A stretch of 63,896 nt of DNA, the filler included, from Bradymonadales bacterium (GTDB lineage Bacteria; Bdellovibrionota; UBA2394), in the NCBI GenBank assembly GCA_007693605.1. It is 5 parts of 4 records of this genome, joined end to end, with 100 filler letters (N's around TTAATTAATTAA, not from the genome) between each part and the next. Parts side by side here need not be neighbours in the genome. Positions count along the whole stretch, not along the records: positions 57,613 to 63,896 come from REDG01000008.1; 4 more parts are not named here. One strand, written 5' to 3'. Below the pieces are notes generated by a model, which did no database searches, had not been told where the DNA came from, and was given only the letters and a program-made list of their open reading frames with translations. Position 1 is the stretch's first letter, and each line of letters opens with the position of its first letter. A program made the translations under genes and the position numbers. Shown here in pieces: positions 58,586-63,896 of the stretch.

Positions 58586-61525
58586 TTACAAACATTGCCC
58601 GTCGGGAGCTTGGTTCTCGATGCAGTTTCTTACAAGAGCCCGACCAACTCCATTTCCTGTATCTCGATCAAGGTCATTCGCTCGCTCTACTTTCGTCAGG
58701 GTATCGGGATCATAGCCGGCCCGATTTCGAGTCACGGAGACTTCAATGGCCTCATTCACCGGCAGACTGACTCGAATCGAGTAGCCGAGGATCTGATTCC
58801 CCCCGACAGTCTGTGTTTCGACAAAGATGGGGAGGCTATTTCCTTGCTTGTCAAGAACCTGCCAATCATAGTCGGCAGCACCGCTCCGTGAGCCTGTCAT
58901 CAACAAAGAGGGGTCTTCGATCGTCAAGCGATAGAGCCTTCCGCCCAGCTTACTGGAGGTGAAAGAAAAGCCGTTTTTCATAGCCTGAATCACTCTGAAT
59001 CCAAAAGGGCTAGCATCTTGGAAAACAGAACACTGCTCTTCTGTATAACAATGCCGAAAGCGCTCTGCATGGTTAATCTTGCGCGAATTCTGCGCGTTCA
59101 TGGGAACCAGCATCGTCACATTGCTCATTTTGCGCCCTACAAATGGAACATAAAAACTGCCATCTCCATTGTAGGAAACAAATTCTGGGGAAGTGTTGGG
59201 CACGCTCAGATTAAAGGTCCCATCCGAAAACACCACATCATCGGCAGGCCCAAGCTTTGAGTGCTTATAGAAGGTATAGGCCATGTATTCATAATCTCCA
59301 GGCTCCTCTTGATAGGTCGAGAGTCTTAAGCTCCCCCCGCCAGGAACATGAGCCTGAACCGGAGCTCCACCAGAAGAAAGATACTGGGACCTGGGGTGCT
59401 GGGTGCCAAAGCGTCGAGCCAACTCAAAGGGCGGAATCTGGAGCCCAAACATATTGTTCAGTGTATTCGGATAGGGCTCCCCAGGAAAGTTAACCGCTTC
59501 ACCGATACTTGGGGGGAGATTCTCCCAAAAATACTGAACACCATCGAGGGGGATGCCTCTCGATACAATGGCCTGATAGATCGCTTCGTGCAAGATAGGA
59601 AAGTCGGCCTCAGGCCAAAGATCATTGGCGGCGTCCAATATCGTCTGTCCATACTGTCTCATATTAATATTCGGATTAGTAATCCGATGAATCTTTTGAA
59701 ACCACAGGCGAGAGGCGTCTTTCCAGCCAATTCCCACTTCGACGGCAATATCATAAAACAGGCCAGCAAAGAAAAGAGAGGTTCTTTCCTGTCCCTGAGG
59801 ATAAACTCCTCCCCAGCCTCCAACATTACCTGTCGTGAAGGGGTAAGTGAACAAGCCAGGAGAGGCGGTCATAAAACGCGACTCAAGCCACTGCTCATCA
59901 GGAGTGTTCGGAGGATACTTCTGCTGAAGCTCTTGAAACATAAAAACATTGTCGACATTCACACCCCGATCACATGGCATCCCCTCGCCAGTGTTCTCAA
60001 AGTCACAAGCCACTGAGGGGGATGTGAGCTCGCAGTTATTTCCATTGATCTCATTGCACCAGTGCCGAATGTTGTAATAGCGATCTTTGTAAATCTCAGA
60101 CTCGCCCGTATACCAGGCCGCGACCACCAAATTCGTCGCATCCTCCATACATCCAGTCACTCTGTTCCTCCAATCCTGACCAGCACACCCACTCAACCAT
60201 ATGGGTAGCTGAGGAGCACCAAGCATCCAGAACAATTTAAGCCCGGCATACTCCCCTACAATCATGGTCGGATCATAAGCCGTACCGAACATACTCCGGT
60301 TGTTTATGGGGGTTCCCCCCAGATCTCGATGAAGCAGAGCCAGTGTATTGTTCTCAGGGCTTTGGGATCCCTGAGCTGTTCCAATGATTCCTGAAAAGGG
60401 TCCAGAAATCGGCTTGGCAGCAACCATGGGGCCTCCACTACCATTTAAAAAGTCTGGACGAAACTGTCGGTACTTCAGATTAGTCTTAATGTCTGAGGGT
60501 AGTACAAGAGAATCAATAAAGGAGTTATTAAAGAATTCTCTCCGATATCGAGTAATGTGATGGTACATTGTCACCTGAGCTGCCCATAAACTCCGATTCG
60601 TTTTTGCAAGGTTCGGAAACTCAGCGGCAAACAAGTCATCATCGAAGAAGTCCAACAAAAACTCATTGTCCGCGCTCTTGTAAGGCAGCAAGAAGGGGGC
60701 CGTTAGTTCTACGGGACTGCTGAGAGTCTCAAACGAACGAATCTCTGTATACTTTCCATCGAGATAAAAAGCGTCGATCTCTGAGCTAAAGTTGTTGCTC
60801 AAATAGACCCCTGTATCTGGGTCATACTGACCCAAATGAGTAAGACACACTTCTGATACCGTCGGATTCCCCTCTTCGTCAAAACTTCTTGAGTAGCCAT
60901 CTTCCACCACAAGAGCCCTTGCATTCTGAGGGCCAATACAAGTCGGGCAAGGCACCACTTTCAGCATATTCCAAATGTTTTGGACGACTTGCTGGTCAAC
61001 CCCCGCACTTCTCTGTTCCTGGATATGGGTCAAAAAGTTTTTCACCAAGTCTTGCCGCTCAACACAAACGAATATCCGTAGGTCTTCTGGGCTGTGATAC
61101 TCGGGGGTCAAACCATAGACGAAGAGGGTTTGAAGAATCGCCTCTCTTGTTTGATGTCGGCTGTCGGCCGTTCTGCCTAAATTGTCCACGACTTCCAAAT
61201 GCAACTCATTCAGTCTACGCGGTTCTTCATCGCTGAAGTTTTGAAACAAGAACTCCAAGTCCCGTCGATCCACCACGCCATCGCCATTAAAGTCGCCTGC
61301 AATTCGAGTCGCATCTTCAAAAAACTTAGACAATTCATTTATCCCTACCTTCGGCAGCTCCATTCTGTTCACAACCTTCAACTCGGCCGACGGGCTGACA
61401 TTCCCAACGGTTCGAACGGAGCCCAAGGGCGTGGCGGATGCTGAAGAAGCCAGCAAGAAACCGGCCCCCAAGAAAAATCCCTGATAACTCAACTGACGCA
61501 AACTCTTTAAAACAATCTTCGACAT
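58586..61525 (-). CDS. secreted protein with a dockerin-like Ca-binding loop and a degenerate M36/M4-like metallopeptidase domain
   Basis: Signal peptide (SASA), GDFNGDGVVDRRDL, ordered motifs matching the thermolysin/fungalysin fold but GEYAG in place of HExxH. Confidence 0.65.
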   Translation of the reverse strand: MSKIVLKSLRQLSYQGFFLGAGFLLASSASATPLGSVRTVGNVSPSAELKVVNRMELPKVGINELSKFFEDATRIAGDFNGDGVVDRRDLEFLFQNFSDEEPRRLNELHLEVVDNLGRTADSRHQTREAILQTLFVYGLTPEYHSPEDLRIFVCVERQDLVKNFLTHIQEQRSAGVDQQVVQNIWNMLKVVPCPTCIGPQNARALVVEDGYSRSFDEEGNPTVSEVCLTHLGQYDPDTGVYLSNNFSSEIDAFYLDGKYTEIRSFETLSSPVELTAPFLLPYKSADNEFLLDFFDDDLFAAEFPNLAKTNRSLWAAQVTMYHHITRYRREFFNNSFIDSLVLPSDIKTNLKYRQFRPDFLNGSGGPMVAAKPISGPFSGIIGTAQGSQSPENNTLALLHRDLGGTPINNRSMFGTAYDPTMIVGEYAGLKLFWMLGAPQLPIWLSGCAGQDWRNRVTGCMEDATNLVVAAWYTGESEIYKDRYYNIRHWCNEINGNNCELTSPSVACDFENTGEGMPCDRGVNVDNVFMFQELQQKYPPNTPDEQWLESRFMTASPGLFTYPFTTGNVGGWGGVYPQGQERTSLFFAGLFYDIAVEVGIGWKDASRLWFQKIHRITNPNINMRQYGQTILDAANDLWPEADFPILHEAIYQAIVSRGIPLDGVQYFWENLPPSIGEAVNFPGEPYPNTLNNMFGLQIPPFELARRFGTQHPRSQYLSSGGAPVQAHVPGGGSLRLSTYQEEPGDYEYMAYTFYKHSKLGPADDVVFSDGTFNLSVPNTSPEFVSYNGDGSFYVPFVGRKMSNVTMLVPMNAQNSRKINHAERFRHCYTEEQCSVFQDASPFGFRVIQAMKNGFSFTSSKLGGRLYRLTIEDPSLLMTGSRSGAADYDWQVLDKQGNSLPIFVETQTVGGNQILGYSIRVSLPVNEAIEVSVTRNRAGYDPDTLTKVERANDLDRDTGNGVGRALVRNCIENQAPDGQCL

Positions 61526-61655
61526 CTTATCTTCTTCCTTCTATCAGCCACTAGGCCTCATTCTTTAAACCTCAATCGGCGACTCAAAAAGTCAAGGCCG
61601 ACGCCCTTCAAGCTCTCATACTCCTGAAGGCAAGCATTCGGTAGCATAGGGGCGC

Positions 61656-61671
61656 TGCAAATGCTATGCCA
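61656..61671 (-). promoter_or_regulatory. sigma54 (-24/-12) promoter
   Basis: Minus strand TGGCATAGCATTTGCA: GG-N10-GC, about 130 nt upstream of ATG 61525. Confidence 0.7.
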
Positions 61672-62159
61672 AAAGCAAGTGATTTTTACCTACTGAAATC
61701 TTGGAGGATTTCAAAACCGCCCCCTCGGGGCCCTTCCCAAAAGAGCTCAATATCGACGAAGGGCCTTTGTAAGTTTTTCATACCGGTGTGGCCCCAGCAG
61801 ACACCCGCCTAATCCCTCATACTTTCGTTAGAATTCAAATGGACAGCGAAAGACTGCGATATTGCGAATCTTCGGTCCTTTCGCGGACTCTATCCCACAG
61901 GAAAAAACTATATGGTTTCGTCGGATACTACTCGCGCCTATAAAAGGAAGATTGGAAGTATCGAGCTTCACTTTGTCGGGCTGAAGGATTTAGTTCGCTC
62001 TTTGTTGCCAGGCGGTCGCACTCCAGCATAAACCGTCTCCGGGCTTGTGAACCGAGACGGTAGGCCCCCGGGGGGACTTTGCAGTCGCAGCTGAGCGTGC
62101 TATGCGCCCCACTTAACAGTGTGGCCCCCTCAAATTTGGCGATCGATCGTGATCGATTC

Positions 62160-63253
62160 CTATCTGACTTCACTAGAATCAACCGACTCATGTGCAGGCA
62201 CTGACTTAGGAAACCAGCCCTGAGTCCGGTTTGCAAAAGCGACCAAAGACAACATGACGGGAACTTCTACCAAGACTCCAACCACGGTCACAAGCGCGGC
62301 GCCCGAGTTTAGTCCAAACAGCCCAATGGCTACGGCAACGGCTAATTCAAAAAATTGGAAGTGCCAATCAAAGCGCAGGGGGCGGCGACATTGAAGGGAA
62401 CTCGCCAAGCTCTTGCCGCCAGGTAAGCAATCGCAAAAATTCCATAAGATTGTATCAACAAGGGAACTGCGATCAGCGCAATCAGCAGGGGCTGATCCAG
62501 GATGATCTGCCCTTGAAATCCAAACAGCAAAACCACTGTGCCCAACAACCCCAGAACCGAAATGGGCTTGATTCGAGCATTAAAGCGAGCAAGCGTCTGC
62601 ACGGCTTCCAGACTTGTCTTCGAAGACTGACTGAGCTTCACACGAGTGATCACACCAGCAACGAGCGGAATAAGCACATAAAGCCCAACCGACAAAAGGA
62701 GGGTCGCCCATGGCACCTCGATGTCTGTAAGCCCCAGAAGCAAGGCCACAATAGGCGCAAAAGCAAAAATCATGATGACATCATTGAGAGCAACCTGCAC
62801 CAAAGTATAGGTGGCATCTCCCCGCGTGAGCTGCGACCAAACAAACACCATCGCGGTGCAAGGCGCTGCTCCAAGCAGTATCAAGCCTGCGATATATTGA
62901 CTGGCGTTGGCCGGATCAATCAGATCGATAAAAAAGTAATGGAAAAAGAGAACCCCAAGACCCGCCATCGTAAAAGGCTTGATCAACCAGTTCACCGTTA
63001 GCGTAATAACGAGACCTTTTGGCCTCTCGTGAATTCGCTTGAGACTCGTAAAATCCACCGACACCATCATTGGATAGACCATGAACCAAATGAGCACAGC
63101 GACCACAAAATTGACTGAGCCATACTCAAGCTTTGCGAGTGCTTGAAACAGCCCCGGAAACAGACTCCCCAATCCGATTCCTGCCCCAATACAAAGGGCC
63201 ACCCAGATTGAGAGATAGCGTTCAAAAAGATCGATCTGTAGTTTTGCTTTCAT
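62160..63253 (-). pseudogene. acr3: ACR3-family arsenite efflux transporter with a 1-nt deletion frameshift
   Basis: [28 protein letters not shown]; the conserved [11 protein letters not shown] is split at an A6/T6 run (62349-62354). Confidence 0.9.
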
Positions 63254-63259
63254 TTGTTT

Positions 63260-63896
63260 TTATCTTTGATCCAACTCAAAATATTCTTGCCCTCGCTCTC
63301 GGATCTCTTCGTCAAAATCATCTTTGAACATCTGAGAAAGCTTACCTTGCTGGAGACCGATCTCCAAAGGCTTATCCAAATGACCAAGGTGGCTGTGATT
63401 CGACTTTACACCTAACCTACCTTCGAAAAGTATTCTAACAGTGTCTTCAACTGTAAACTCTGCCAACTGCGTCGAGCCCATTCCAAGAAGATAGCGAGTG
63501 ATGGCGAGTGAATCGTCAAGATCTAGTCTTTGATAATCAATAACAGATTGAAGATCTGTCTTAAATTGCTTGAGACCTCCAAGCACAGAACGGTTGTTTG
63601 TTTTTGCAAACTTAAATCCCTCCAATAAATGAACCTCCCGATCGATCTTAGCCCTACCAAGGCCAAGGAGATCCAAGGTCTTCAAAAGTTCTATCTTTAA
63701 TCTTTGAACGAACTCCTTTGCTGAGGTCGATCTCTTAAAGAGAGGGAGCCGCCCATGCTCGCTAACACAAAAGATGTAGTGTTTTCTAGAAACCATAAAA
63801 ATATCACAATACCAGTCTCCGAGAATTCCTGAGGATGAACTTGGACTGCGGGCGTTTGACTGGAGGGGGTAACACTTAGGGATTTGGGGGATCGGC
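63260..63896 (-). CDS. DUF6933-like protein, 5' end beyond the window
   Basis: Frame is open to the window edge and includes ILGDWYCDIF upstream of the track start; AKTNNRSVLG motif. Confidence 0.6.
   Translation of the reverse strand, partial: PIPQIPKCYPLQSNARSPSSSSGILGDWYCDIFMVSRKHYIFCVSEHGRLPLFKRSTSAKEFVQRLKIELLKTLDLLGLGRAKIDREVHLLEGFKFAKTNNRSVLGGLKQFKTDLQSVIDYQRLDLDDSLAITRYLLGMGSTQLAEFTVEDTVRILFEGRLGVKSNHSHLGHLDKPLEIGLQQGKLSQMFKDDFDEEIRERGQEYFELDQR

Overview
This is bacterial chromosomal DNA made of five contigs joined by artificial 100-nt N/TTAATTAATTAA linkers (27992-28091, 42444-42543, 48798-48897, 57513-57612), so adjacency across those points is not evidence of linkage. The gene content (stand-alone MshEN proteins, HD-GYP proteins, a zinc-ribbon/TPR protein, many orphan secreted proteins) suggests a Bdellovibrionota/deltaproteobacteria-like draft genome; that placement is inference. 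Most of the window is housekeeping: tRNA-Arg(UCG), split transketolase, mutY, folD, trpS, pyrF, thyA-folA, lemA/M48, mscS, apt, partial 23S plus 5S rRNA, a Gtr-like glycosylation cluster, CBS/CGL/suhB, partial hutH and a frameshifted acr3. Signals worth a second look: (1) three correctly spaced sigma54 (-24/-12) promoters, each in front of an orphan gene (a Cys-rich secreted protein, a minimal MshEN-only protein, and a 979-aa secreted dockerin-like/M36-M4-like protein whose zinc-binding HExxH reads GEYAG, i.e. a probable pseudoprotease); (2) a coupled lipoprotein-FecR-histidine kinase-sigma54 activator cassette that could drive such promoters; (3) two different squalene/phytoene synthase genes overlapping head-to-head; (4) two candidate structured RNAs, a 3' tRNA fragment resembling an att site, and a 56-bp palindrome flanked by an AACTAG direct repeat. 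All family calls come from motif recognition by eye; no database search was run.
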